From positions 1 to 36,905 of IMG/VR virus record IMGVR_UViG_3300046833_000025: DNA of 36,905 bases, one strand, 5' to 3'. Within the stretch, counting starts at the first letter, position 1. Each line of letters begins with the position of its first letter. The DNA comes from a virus. Its lineage: Duplodnaviria; Caudoviricetes. The position numbers and the translations under genes are program-made. This document shows positions 1 through 8,509 of this stretch, piece after piece. The notes under the pieces were generated by a model that was not told the origin of the DNA, searched no databases, and saw nothing but the letters and a program-made list of their open reading frames with translations.

Positions 1-43
1 CTGTCCGTCACTAGTCATACCGGTAAGTGTGTCGGAAACCATG

Positions 44-204
44 TGAAACATCAACGTGGACACGGACGCAAGAACCGCCTGTTCCGCTGAAACCCAGGCG
101 TGTAACTACGCGCATGGCAGTTTCACGTGACCTGCGGATATACGCTCCTGCCTACTATGTTTCATGTCGATCCGTTGACATGTTTCAAGTCGTTCGGGTA
201 CGGT
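44..204 (+). promoter_or_regulatory. Early rightward SigA-type promoter with operator-like repeats
   Basis: TTGACA 175-180, 18-nt spacer, TACGGT 199-204. ATGTTTCA at 157-164 and 180-187, inverted copy TGAAACAT at 44-51, partial copies at 88-93 and 120-125. Confidence 0.65.
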
Positions 205-234
205 CTTGCTAGAACGAAACGACAGGAGCTGACC

Positions 235-588
235 ATGGCTAGCAAGACGGGAACCCCCCGCAAGCAGTCGCCGACACCGAGGCCGGACGACGAACTCGTC
301 CGTATGGGGGCGACCATCCGGGCGATCCGGGAGAAGAGCGGGGCCTCCGTAGACGAGCTGGCGAATGCAGTCGGGGTGTCTCGGCCGCAGATGTCCAACG
401 TCGAGGCAGGCCGTAGACGGATCTCGAACGTCCTCCTCGCTCGGATTGCTGAGGCACTGTCTGTGCCGCAGATCGCCATCATGTGGCCGCAAGAAGGCGA
501 AGACATCATTGCGGACATTGACTATCGAGACCCCAAACACCGCCGGACAATCCGGTGGGCACGAGTCGCAGCAGGAGCAGCGTCATGA
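235..588 (+). CDS. XRE-family HTH protein, Cro-like
   Basis: AGGAG RBS before ATG 235. IRAIREKSGASVDELANAVGVSRPQMSNVEAGRR is a typical HTH_3 pattern. First gene after the early promoter. Confidence 0.85.
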   Translation: MASKTGTPRKQSPTPRPDDELVRMGATIRAIREKSGASVDELANAVGVSRPQMSNVEAGRRRISNVLLARIAEALSVPQIAIMWPQEGEDIIADIDYRDPKHRRTIRWARVAAGAAS

Positions 589-770
589 TCAACACCGAGT
601 TCAACGCCGGCCAGGTCTCCGCCCTCCGCCGCGCCGCCGACAGCGCCGAAGACCGCGCCAAGCGCCGCGACATGCTCGGCCTCACCGAAGCAGCCGAAGC
701 CCTCCGCGACTTCGCCGACTCCCTCCGGGCGTCCGCTGACGCCCTCGACGGTATGGCGGTGGCGAAGTGA
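585..770 (+). CDS. Small hypothetical phage protein
   Basis: AGGAG RBS, ATGA overlap with the upstream stop, GTGA overlap downstream. Confidence 0.7.
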   Translation: MINTEFNAGQVSALRRAADSAEDRAKRRDMLGLTEAAEALRDFADSLRASADALDGMAVAK

Positions 771-1426
771 ACGAGATGGAGTTCACCACGGCGAACCTGG
801 AACTCCAGGAGACCATCATCGAGCGGGGCCTTGAGTCCTTCATCGAGATTGGTAGGGCGCTGGCGAAGATCCGTGAAGACCGTCTTTACCGGCAGGAGTA
901 CGCATCGTTCGAGGTGTACTGCCAGACCCGGTGGAACTTGTCTCGCCCCCGCGCCTATCAACTCATTGGCGCAGCAACAATTAGCGATGGCATGTCCGCG
1001 ACTATCGAGATGTCCACAAATGTAGACAACGCGGTCCTCCCATCCAGCGAGGGACAAGCCCGGGAACTCACCGGCCTGGACCCTGCCGAAGCAGTGGAAG
1101 TGATGTCCACGGTGATCGAGTCCACCGATGGACATCCGACGGCGAAGGCGATCCGAGAGGAAGTTCAACGTCGGCGCGAGCCGGAGACCACCCCGGCCCC
1201 CGAGCCGGTGGCGAATCTCCCGCCGACCGCGCCGCGCCGCCGTGCCCTCACCGAAGACGTGTGGGACGCCGTCCGGGACCTGCAGAAAGCCGTCCGTCGC
1301 CTGGCCTCTACCGCAGACGACGACCGGTTCGCACAGAAAAAGCCCCAGATCGCACAGCTGGCAAGCAACGACCTGGGACTTATCGAAAAGACCATCTCGG
1401 AATACCGAGACAACCTCGCTGACTAG
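767..1426 (+). CDS. Hypothetical DNA-binding protein, DUF3102-like N-terminus
   Basis: FIEIGRALAKIREDRLYRQEYASFEVYCQTRWNLSRPRAYQLI resembles DUF3102-type HTH regions (recognised by eye). Confidence 0.6.
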   Translation: MNEMEFTTANLELQETIIERGLESFIEIGRALAKIREDRLYRQEYASFEVYCQTRWNLSRPRAYQLIGAATISDGMSATIEMSTNVDNAVLPSSEGQARELTGLDPAEAVEVMSTVIESTDGHPTAKAIREEVQRRREPETTPAPEPVANLPPTAPRRRALTEDVWDAVRDLQKAVRRLASTADDDRFAQKKPQIAQLASNDLGLIEKTISEYRDNLAD

Positions 1427-1438
1427 GAAGTTTACACC

Positions 1439-2281
1439 ATGAACGACAAGCCGAAGATGTTCACCGCCAACAAGGTGGCGAAAGTCGTCACCATCACCCC
1501 GGAGCTCGCCGAGAACTGGCTGCGCTTCAACACCCGCAACCGCACCATCGACAAGAACAGGGTCGCCAGCTACAAGCAGCTGATCGAGGACGGGATGTGG
1601 AAGTTCAACGGCGAGGCCATCGTCTTCAACACCGACGGCGGACTGAACAACGGACAGCACCGGCTCGGCGGCTGCGCCGCCTCGGGCAAGTCCATCGAAT
1701 CGGTGGTCGTCTGGGGAGCCACCCCGGACTCCATCATCACCATCGACCGCGGACGTGCCCGGACCCTCCGCGACAACCTCACGATCATGCGGGACAAGAA
1801 GAACCGAGACCTGGCCTCGGTGCTCAAGTCCTGCGTCATCTGGTTCGAACGAGGCCAGCACAACGGGCGCGCGATGAAGGGATCCGGCGTCTTCCAGCAC
1901 GAGGAAGCCATCGCCTACTTCGATGCCCACCCCGAGATCATGGACTTCGACCTGTACAAGGGCGAGACCCCGCGGCGGATCGCCACCCCCTCAGTCCTGT
2001 GGTTCGCTCACTACCTCTGCGCCCAGGTCGACGGTACTGATGCCGACTACTTCTTCGACCACATCCTCACCGGCCATCAGGGAAGCAACCCGATGGACGA
2101 GACGATCTTCCGCACCAGAGAAACCCTCATGAGCCGACGCGAGGACCTCACCAAGGAGAAGGACGTGCAGCTCGCCCTGATCCTCATCGGCTGGAACAAG
2201 TTCCGCGCCGGCGAGACCCCGAAGCTCATCCGCTGGACGGGGAAGGGCGCGAACGCGCAGAAGTTCCCGGAACCGCACTGA
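1439..2281 (+). CDS. ParB/Srx-like (DGQHR-type) domain protein
   Basis: TITPELAENWL..NTRNR..W.FNGEAIVF...NGQHRL...IDRGRART pattern, strong GC3 bias, AGGA RBS. Confidence 0.7.
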   Translation: MNDKPKMFTANKVAKVVTITPELAENWLRFNTRNRTIDKNRVASYKQLIEDGMWKFNGEAIVFNTDGGLNNGQHRLGGCAASGKSIESVVVWGATPDSIITIDRGRARTLRDNLTIMRDKKNRDLASVLKSCVIWFERGQHNGRAMKGSGVFQHEEAIAYFDAHPEIMDFDLYKGETPRRIATPSVLWFAHYLCAQVDGTDADYFFDHILTGHQGSNPMDETIFRTRETLMSRREDLTKEKDVQLALILIGWNKFRAGETPKLIRWTGKGANAQKFPEPH

Positions 2282-2324
2282 CCAAGGGGATTACCCCCAA
2301 TGAACACTTGAAGGAGCTGGGAGC

Positions 2325-2714
2325 ATGACCGCTCGAACTGACTACACCGCCGCCGACTACCTGACCTACCTGCACCAGTCCGACTTCCTCGGATTCCTCA
2401 ATGAGCAGCTCGGATTCCTGGCCGAGTGCCCGGAGGAAGCGTGCATGGACATGGAAGGCGTCATGGCGAACATCGATGTCCTCCGGGACACGATCCGGCA
2501 GGAGGCCATCCGCTGCGGCGCTCGCGGGGTCTACAGCAACGGTGTGCAGATCAGCCGAATGGAGCTGTATGCCACCTCAGAGCCGGGCGAAGAGGGTGAG
2601 GAGGCCCCCGTGGTCGCGGAGCTGCATCACACGATCCACCCGAACGGGACGCCGGTCGAGCCTTCAATGCCGGGAGGCGAGTGGTTCGACACGATCCAGA
2701 AACGGATCGGATAG
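2325..2714 (+). CDS. Hypothetical protein
   Basis: AAGGAG RBS and phage-like codon usage. Confidence 0.75.
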   Translation: MTARTDYTAADYLTYLHQSDFLGFLNEQLGFLAECPEEACMDMEGVMANIDVLRDTIRQEAIRCGARGVYSNGVQISRMELYATSEPGEEGEEAPVVAELHHTIHPNGTPVEPSMPGGEWFDTIQKRIG

Positions 2715-2721
2715 TCGACAT

Positions 2722-2958
2722 CCCCTGGTCGCGCAGTGGGGAAGCTGCACGACCCGGACCATACCGGCGCAGGCCGGCACCGCCGTCACGGGCGGAGTGG
2801 TCCACAGGGTGCGGAGTGAAACGACGGTACGTGAGGATCTCGCCGTCAAAGCAGCATCCGACTCCCCGGGTCGGACCGGGACTTCTCGTCAGGTGGACCC
2901 GGCCCACGACAAGGGGGGCTCCTTAACCCCGAGGTGCCAGCTGCTCCGCACCCCACCA
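2722..2958 (+). ncRNA. Candidate structured non-coding RNA or leader
   Basis: Intergenic stretch almost fully covered by nested stems, e.g. GGTCGCGCAG/CTGCACGACC, GGACCA/TGGTCC enclosing two hairpins, GGGTGCGGAG(2807-2816)/CTCCGCACCC(2944-2953). Confidence 0.45.
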
Positions 2959-2991
2959 ACTCGACGAACCAACCATAGGAAGGAGAGACCG

Positions 2992-3210
2992 ATGACCGAA
3001 CAGACCAACGAGACGCTGATCCCGGCCGGACTGCCGCTAGTCGAGTACGCCTCCATCAACTGGGTCCTCGGCAACATCAGGGCGAAGATCCTCACCGGCG
3101 TCCCCTCCGGCGTCGTCATCGACCAGGCAATCGACGAGGTCCTCGCCGCCGCTACGAACCGGAGTTACTCGGCGCTCTCTGCCGATGTGCCCTCTGAGGG
3201 GGAATCCTGA
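2992..3210 (+). CDS. Small hypothetical protein (72 aa)
   Basis: Strong AGGAAGGAG RBS before ATG 2992; this is the C-terminal part of track ORF 2401..3210. Confidence 0.7.
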   Translation: MTEQTNETLIPAGLPLVEYASINWVLGNIRAKILTGVPSGVVIDQAIDEVLAAATNRSYSALSADVPSEGES

Positions 3211-3941
3211 TGCCCCTCGCCCGAATTGAGTTCCTGCTGAATGTAGGCCTCGACAATCTCGTGACCGTAACTGGCCCCAGCTGTCAGCGCGCCGACGGCA
3301 ATACCCGTGATGGCAGTCAGAATGACGTCTTTCTTGAACCAGGACCAGGCCGCTCGGCTCGCCTTCTGCCAGAAGGGGTCGTCAGGCCTGGTGTCTGCGA
3401 GCTCGTCGAGAATTCGCTGAAGGTCATTCAGTGCGTCGACGATGCGGAACTCTCCGTAGGCCTCGACGTCAGCGAGCAGCTTTTTGAGATGGGCGCACAC
3501 ACGCTTTGCGTGCATGGACACGTAGGAGTTGTCCTCTTCGAGGTGCTTCTCGACAGCGCGCAGGAATGCGTCGAGGTGTTCAGGTCCCTTTTCCTCGAAC
3601 GTCGGAACATACATACGCAGTGTGGCCGCTGTCTGGCCAAGGACGTTCAGCGCCGGCACATCAAGATTGTCCTTCCCAGAGTTGCTCCACCCGTACGGAT
3701 AGGCGAAGACCATTGCCGACCAGACGCCGATGTGGCTTTCCGCGATGGGCTGTGGGTAACCATCCTCCTTAGCACGTCGGAGGAGCTCAATGACCTGGTC
3801 CAGGAGATTGGCTGCCCTCCGCGAGCTTCCCCATCCCTCTCTCTGGATCTTCCGAGCTGCGGTGGCGTTGTCGTTGCCGGAGACCTTCCACGAGAGAAGG
3901 AGTTCGTGAAGGAGTTCCGCGGGATTGGCCATAGCCATCAT
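3165..3941 (-). CDS. Hypothetical protein with C-terminal hydrophobic segment (moron-like)
   Basis: 258-aa protein-like ORF (MANPAELLHELLLSW...), lower GC than neighbours, VILTAITGIAVGALTAGA hydrophobic stretch. The start may be 3932, 3938 or 3941. Confidence 0.7.
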   Translation of the reverse strand: MMAMANPAELLHELLLSWKVSGNDNATAARKIQREGWGSSRRAANLLDQVIELLRRAKEDGYPQPIAESHIGVWSAMVFAYPYGWSNSGKDNLDVPALNVLGQTAATLRMYVPTFEEKGPEHLDAFLRAVEKHLEEDNSYVSMHAKRVCAHLKKLLADVEAYGEFRIVDALNDLQRILDELADTRPDDPFWQKASRAAWSWFKKDVILTAITGIAVGALTAGASYGHEIVEAYIQQELNSGEGHQDSPSEGTSAESAE

Positions 3942-4015
3942 TCAACCACAAAGAAAATGCCCGCCACCTGCTGAACCCAGGTGACGAGCGAGTCATTGCG
4001 AAGGAGCAAGACGCC

Positions 4016-4264
4016 ATGAACGATACCACCCGCGACGCCGAATGCCGCGCCTACAAGACCGAGGAGGTCGCTGTGATCACGTCCTTGTCGCCCTCCAACC
4101 TGGCCGAGGGCGCCCGCGCTGGCCGCTTCGATGCCACCCTCCGTCCCTTCCGCTCCGGCCGGACGTGGGTCTGGCCCCGCGCCTACGTCGATGCCATGTT
4201 CCCGCCGGCATCCACTGCTACCGAGAATGTCAGTAGCGCTACTGGGATTCGGGAGGTGGCGTGA
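4016..4264 (+). CDS. Excisionase-like / HTH_17 DNA-binding protein
   Basis: AYKTEEVAVITSLSPSNLAEGARAG...PFRSGRTWVWPRAYVD winged-helix pattern, AAGGAG RBS. Confidence 0.65.
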   Translation: MNDTTRDAECRAYKTEEVAVITSLSPSNLAEGARAGRFDATLRPFRSGRTWVWPRAYVDAMFPPASTATENVSSATGIREVA

Positions 4265-4599
4265 TGCGCTCCTGGGCCGAGGACCGGGCCCACGAGGTCC
4301 GCACCACTGTTCACGACATGATCCGTCACTACCTCAACGCTCCGAACGGGCGGCACTTCCTGCGCTGGGCGGACCTCCTCGTCGACAACGCGCTCGGCGT
4401 CCTCACCACTGACCAGGAGCGCGGACTGCGCGCCGATATATTGCAGGCCAGGCAGGATACCGACGCCCGTGCCCGGGGGGTCATCCTCTCCGACACGCTG
4501 GCCGCAGCCCTGTCCCGCACCGAGGCACACGAGGAGGGGGATGACAGTGTTCCGACGACTCCCGTGGAGAGGTCGGCTGATCGGGGTGAGCACCGATGA
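4261..4599 (+). CDS. Hypothetical protein
   Basis: GGAGG RBS and GTGA overlap with the previous gene. Confidence 0.6.
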   Translation: MMRSWAEDRAHEVRTTVHDMIRHYLNAPNGRHFLRWADLLVDNALGVLTTDQERGLRADILQARQDTDARARGVILSDTLAAALSRTEAHEEGDDSVPTTPVERSADRGEHR

Positions 4600-4927
4600 A
4601 GACGCAGCAGGCTCTCTCTGGGTCGACTACGCCGACGTCTGCTGGCTCATGCCCTCGTCCTTCCGCGACCCGGTCGACCACAGGACCCTCCGCCGCCGGC
4701 AGAACGGGCTCCTCGTCCACGCCGGGGCACTCCGACGCCACGCGACGTCCGACACCCAGTCACCCGAGACCCAGAAGAAGCTCACCGCCCTCCTCGACTT
4801 CCTCGAGGACGCCATCGGCACCCGCCGCACCATCACCAGCACGACGCGACCCGCAGAAGGACCACACGATGACCACCCAGCAGCCCCGGTGCCAGCGAAG
4901 CGTAAGCGACGCCGCAAGCGCCGCTGA
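4541..4927 (+). CDS. Hypothetical protein, weak BRO-N (antirepressor)-like N-terminus
   Basis: GAGGAGG RBS before ATG 4541. WRGRLIGVSTDEDAAGSLWVDYADVC echoes the BRO-N 'WFVAxDVC' motif. Confidence 0.45.
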   Translation: MTVFRRLPWRGRLIGVSTDEDAAGSLWVDYADVCWLMPSSFRDPVDHRTLRRRQNGLLVHAGALRRHATSDTQSPETQKKLTALLDFLEDAIGTRRTITSTTRPAEGPHDDHPAAPVPAKRKRRRKRR

Positions 4928-5222
4928 GTACCACCGGCCCCGCAACGCCACCCACCCCGAGACCCGACCGCAGCCGGCGGTCCGCCCCGACACCCCGTCC
5001 GGCGACTTCTACGGTGATGAGGACCAGATCGCCCGTGGCGGCATGGGCCACGTCGAGGGGATCCTCTTCACCGCGGTCTGCGTTCTACTGGCCACGATCT
5101 TCGTCACCCTCGTCGGCGTCAACGTCCACCGCGCCCTCGGCGTGACCGGGGACCTGGTCCTCGCCGCCGTCATCGTCGCCGTGGTCGGCATGTTCCTTCA
5201 GTCCTCGGAGGTCCACCGATGA
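4869..5222 (+). CDS. Membrane protein, two predicted TM helices
   Basis: GAAGGA RBS before ATG 4869; hydrophobic segments ILFTAVCVLLATIFVTLVGV and LVLAAVIVAVVGMFL. Confidence 0.6.
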   Translation: MTTQQPRCQRSVSDAASAAEYHRPRNATHPETRPQPAVRPDTPSGDFYGDEDQIARGGMGHVEGILFTAVCVLLATIFVTLVGVNVHRALGVTGDLVLAAVIVAVVGMFLQSSEVHR

Positions 5223-5686
5223 GCGCCGTGAATCCGTACGTCACCGCCGCCGAGCTCAAGCGCCTCGGCTGGGATGCCGACGAGCTCCAACGCCTGGCCC
5301 GTCAGCGAGCCCGCATGATCTCGGACACCGCCATGGTCCTGGCCGAGGGGCATCCGGCTTGGGCGCCGCTGCGCGGCGAGTCCTACGACTCCGCGATGCA
5401 GCGACTCGACACGGCGCTCGCCTCCGGCCTGGGGGAGTACCTCGCACTGCCGGCAGAAGACGGCGACGATGACGCGGCCCTGGTCGCCTCGGTCGCCGCC
5501 GAGCAGGAGCCCACCCCGGAGCTCGACCCGGAGCAGGTCGCACTCGAAGAGCGGGCGGCATGGGAAGAGCTCGAAGCGCAGCGGGAACGGGATCGGGAAC
5601 GGGATGAGGCCCGTGCAGCGAAGCGCAAGGAGAAGCTGGCCGAGCGTCTGACCGCCAGGGTCGCAGCACGAGAGGACGGCTTCTGA
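5219..5686 (+). CDS. Hypothetical protein with charged coiled-coil C-terminus
   Basis: GGAGG RBS, ATGA overlap, GC3 bias. Confidence 0.7.
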   Translation: MSAVNPYVTAAELKRLGWDADELQRLARQRARMISDTAMVLAEGHPAWAPLRGESYDSAMQRLDTALASGLGEYLALPAEDGDDDAALVASVAAEQEPTPELDPEQVALEERAAWEELEAQRERDRERDEARAAKRKEKLAERLTARVAAREDGF

Positions 5687-5913
5687 TGCGCACCGTCACC
5701 GCCATCGTCACCGGCGAGAAGGTCAACGTCACCTTCGAGGGCTGCGCCGACGAGGATATGGAGTCCGCCGCCCTTGCAGTGCTGGTCGCCGCGGTCACCT
5801 GCCTCTCCGAAAGATACGACGCCGGGCGCCGCCGTCGGGTCGCCGTTGAGGAGATCGGCGCCCGCCTCGCCAGGATCGCCGGCGAAGGTCTGGAGAAGGT
5901 AGTTGCGTCATGA
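5686..5913 (+). CDS. Hypothetical protein
   Basis: TGATG coupling and GAGGA RBS. Confidence 0.65.
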   Translation: MRTVTAIVTGEKVNVTFEGCADEDMESAALAVLVAAVTCLSERYDAGRRRRVAVEEIGARLARIAGEGLEKVVAS

Positions 5914-6173
5914 TGAGCTCACGAACCCCAGTGGACTACAGCACGCTGACGATCGAGCAGGTCGTCCACCGCATGACCCCCGGCCACAAGGACGCCCTCG
6001 TCGTCATCGACGCCGGCTCACTGCCCTGGGACCAGGTCCACGCCCGCATCCGCGACTCTCTGACCCACAAGGGGCTGGTCAGCCCGTTCGGTGAGGTCAC
6101 CAAGCGCGGCCATGCTGCCGCGCTCAAGATCAACGTCGACCGCGCCGCCGTATGGGAGGGGAAGTACCAGTGA
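5910..6173 (+). CDS. Hypothetical protein
   Basis: ATGA overlap and phage-like codon usage. Confidence 0.65.
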   Translation: MMSSRTPVDYSTLTIEQVVHRMTPGHKDALVVIDAGSLPWDQVHARIRDSLTHKGLVSPFGEVTKRGHAAALKINVDRAAVWEGKYQ

Positions 6174-6361
6174 CCCCGTCATCCCGCCGGCCGATGTTCC
6201 GGCCCCAGCCCGTCCGCCGGCCATCCCCGCCTCGCCGGGCTCGCGCTGTCCTGGCCCACCTCCGGGCCGTCTTGGCGTCCGCCCGCCCCGAGTATCCGCA
6301 CCCGTACGACAACCGCCCGAGCCCCACCGGCCCGGGATCTACCCCGAGGAGGCCCCGATGA
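6170..6361 (+). CDS. Small Pro/Arg-rich hypothetical protein
   Basis: GGAGG RBS; GTGA and ATGA overlaps fill the gap exactly, but the composition is low complexity. Confidence 0.35.
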   Translation: MTPSSRRPMFRPQPVRRPSPPRRARAVLAHLRAVLASARPEYPHPYDNRPSPTGPGSTPRRPR

Positions 6362-6777
6362 CCACCGCATACTTCCTGATCGTCTCGTCCCTGTCCCTCG
6401 GCGCTGCCGTGTGGGGCTGGTGCCTGTCCGTCGCCGCGTCCTCGGACGCCAGGATCGCCCGCGAGGAAGCGGAAGCCGCCCTCGATGACGTCCGGACCCT
6501 GGCCGAGGAGGTCGACGTGCTCCACCGCACTGTCGAGCCGCAACTCGCCCCGGATCCGGACGAGCCGGTGGGCCTGGTCCCCGTCGACGGCACCGTCGAC
6601 ACCACCGGTGACATTGAGGAGGTGCTGCGCGACTGCGTCGAGCAGCCCGTCGTCCTCGTCGACCGCGGGTGGGCGCCGATCCACGACTGGTCCGTCCCCC
6701 TCGGCGTCCTCGGATCCATACCGCCTGAGGACCCCGCCGCCGACCAGACCGCAGCCCGACACAGAAAGGAGGCCTGA
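6358..6777 (+). CDS. Membrane-anchored hypothetical protein
   Basis: GAGGAGG RBS before ATG 6358; N-terminal TM (YFLIVSSLSLGAAVWGWCLSV) followed by a short coiled coil. Confidence 0.65.
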   Translation: MTTAYFLIVSSLSLGAAVWGWCLSVAASSDARIAREEAEAALDDVRTLAEEVDVLHRTVEPQLAPDPDEPVGLVPVDGTVDTTGDIEEVLRDCVEQPVVLVDRGWAPIHDWSVPLGVLGSIPPEDPAADQTAARHRKEA

Positions 6778-6779
6778 TC

Positions 6780-7034
6780 ATGGCCACGTACATTCCCCTG
6801 ATCGTCAACAACCAGCACCCGAACCCTGACGTCGAGTACCTCCAGAAGCAGATCAACAGCATCGGAGCGACGCACGTCCGCGACCTTAAGGGTCGGGTCG
6901 AGAAGATCTTCCATCAGCTCAACCAGAAGTCCGTCTCGCTGAACACCGTGTCAGTGAGTCCCCAGCGATGGCCCTACCGCCTGGTAAAGGACTTCGGCGT
7001 CCTTTCCGAAGCGGAGGAGGACCGGGAGCAGTGA
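6780..7034 (+). CDS. Hypothetical protein
   Basis: AAGGAGG RBS. Confidence 0.7.
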   Translation: MATYIPLIVNNQHPNPDVEYLQKQINSIGATHVRDLKGRVEKIFHQLNQKSVSLNTVSVSPQRWPYRLVKDFGVLSEAEEDREQ

Positions 7035-7231
7035 CCAACGAGGATCCGGACGCCTGGTGGGCGCACCTCACCCCGGAGAGACGCGAGCAGATCCACCGGT
7101 GGGTCGCCGCGCCGCACACAGCACCACCTGACCTGCCAGGACAACTCAGCATTGCTGACCTACCACCCGAAATACCCCGACCAGACGTAAAGCGCGTGCA
7201 GGCGGACAAGCCGAAACGAGGAGGATTCTGA
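7031..7231 (+). CDS. Small hypothetical protein
   Basis: GTGA overlap, GGAGG upstream, coupled to the next gene by TGATG. Confidence 0.55.
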   Translation: MTNEDPDAWWAHLTPERREQIHRWVAAPHTAPPDLPGQLSIADLPPEIPRPDVKRVQADKPKRGGF

Positions 7232-7767
7232 TGCCAGGAGGAAGCGCAGACAGGATCGTCTCCCCGGACGTCGTGAAGTCCATCATCGGCACAGCGGATC
7301 TCCGCGCCGGCATGTGCGCTCACCGTGACCCGATGATCTGGTCAGGGGAGTGGTGCGACATGTCCGGCGGGTCCAAGGAAGCCCGGGCGCTCCGCTGGGG
7401 CCAGATGCGCAAGGCCGTGGGCCTCTGCCGCGCTTGCCCGGTCCTCGACGCGTGCGAGAAGCAGCTGCAGGCGTTCGAGGATGCCGGCTGCCGCGTCACC
7501 GGTGTCATGGCCGCTCGACAGTGGGGACAGCCACGCGAGGAGGACCAGGTGCTGGAGTGCCGCAGCTGTCACCGCCCGATGCACATCCACCCCCGCGGCA
7601 TCCCCGCCCCGCTCGTCCCCGAAGGACACGCCCTGTCGCAGTGCAGGGGCCTGTGCTCCACCTGCTACAGCCGGGCGAAGAAGGACGGCACCCTCGACCA
7701 GATCGCAGAACCACCCCGACCCGGAAACCACCGGGCCACCACACAGAGGAAGGAAGTCGCAGCATGA
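7231..7767 (+). CDS. whiB: WhiB-family Fe-S regulator with extra C-terminal Cys cluster
   Basis: C...AVGLCRACPVLDAC...GVMAA WhiB-type pattern, plus CRSC...CRGLCSTCY. Confidence 0.7.
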   Translation: MPGGSADRIVSPDVVKSIIGTADLRAGMCAHRDPMIWSGEWCDMSGGSKEARALRWGQMRKAVGLCRACPVLDACEKQLQAFEDAGCRVTGVMAARQWGQPREEDQVLECRSCHRPMHIHPRGIPAPLVPEGHALSQCRGLCSTCYSRAKKDGTLDQIAEPPRPGNHRATTQRKEVAA

Positions 7768-8171
7768 CCGCCACCATCGCCACCACACCGGTGGAGCTCG
7801 TCGAGAAGATCTTCACCGACATGGGCATCGGTCCGACCGAGACCCAGTCCATGGCCGGAGACTTCACCACTCGGGCCACCGCCGAAGGACTCCGCCTCGG
7901 CACCCACCGCTCCGTCCCGCCGACCAGCTATGTCGAGGAGGGCGCGCCCAGGTGGGAGACTGGAACGTCAGCCGTCATTGCTGACTCCGGGACGGTCTTG
8001 TCCGGGATGGACCTGGAGGACGTCTGGGAAGGAACGGGGACGGCCACGGGGTCTGCCAGGATCACCTCGGAAGAAGCCCGGACCCGGGCCGCGCACCTCC
8101 GGGCCGCAGCGGACGCAGCCGATCGGCAGGCAGCGCAGGGCTCCACCAAGAGCGCCGCGGAGGAAGCATGA
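7764..8171 (+). CDS. Hypothetical protein
   Basis: AGGAAGGA RBS and ATGA overlap at 7764. Confidence 0.65.
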   Translation: MTATIATTPVELVEKIFTDMGIGPTETQSMAGDFTTRATAEGLRLGTHRSVPPTSYVEEGAPRWETGTSAVIADSGTVLSGMDLEDVWEGTGTATGSARITSEEARTRAAHLRAAADAADRQAAQGSTKSAAEEA

Positions 8172-8350
8172 CCGTCGACGAACTGATCAAGAAGCTCGAG
8201 AGCGCCCGGGACATGGGGCTCGGAGAAAACATCGTAATGACCGAGGACTTGGGAGATCGGAACATTCTGCGGAACGCCATCGTGGTGGAAGAGGCGATCC
8301 TCGCAGAAGCCGGAGTGAGCGCCAGAGCCAAGGTCGTGATCCTGAAATGA
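8168..8350 (+). CDS. Small hypothetical protein
   Basis: GGAGG RBS and ATGA overlap; MTVDELIKKLE start is common in phage proteins. Confidence 0.65.
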   Translation: MTVDELIKKLESARDMGLGENIVMTEDLGDRNILRNAIVVEEAILAEAGVSARAKVVILK

Positions 8351-8509
8351 CCCCCCTGCACCCCAGACGCAGAGCACCGCCGGCCACCGCGCCGGGAGAC
8401 CGCCCCGCCCCACTTCACCGAACTTGACGACCAGGAGAACGACAGTGCCTTCGATTACTCGCCCGGCCCCCCAGCCTGGCACGCTCGCCCGATCCGGGAG
8501 TGGTAGCGC

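Noticed and set aside
2810-2860. Hammerhead ribozyme suggested by GAAAC...GTC
   Set aside because: No CUGANGA core at a compatible position.
3210-3974. 254-aa plus-strand ORF
   Set aside because: It is the antisense mirror of the more protein-like minus-strand gene 3165-3941.
8450-8460. TTCGATTACTC also present at 36748-36758, as a possible att duplication
   Set aside because: An 11-bp match is expected by chance in 37 kb, and 8450 is internal to the early region.
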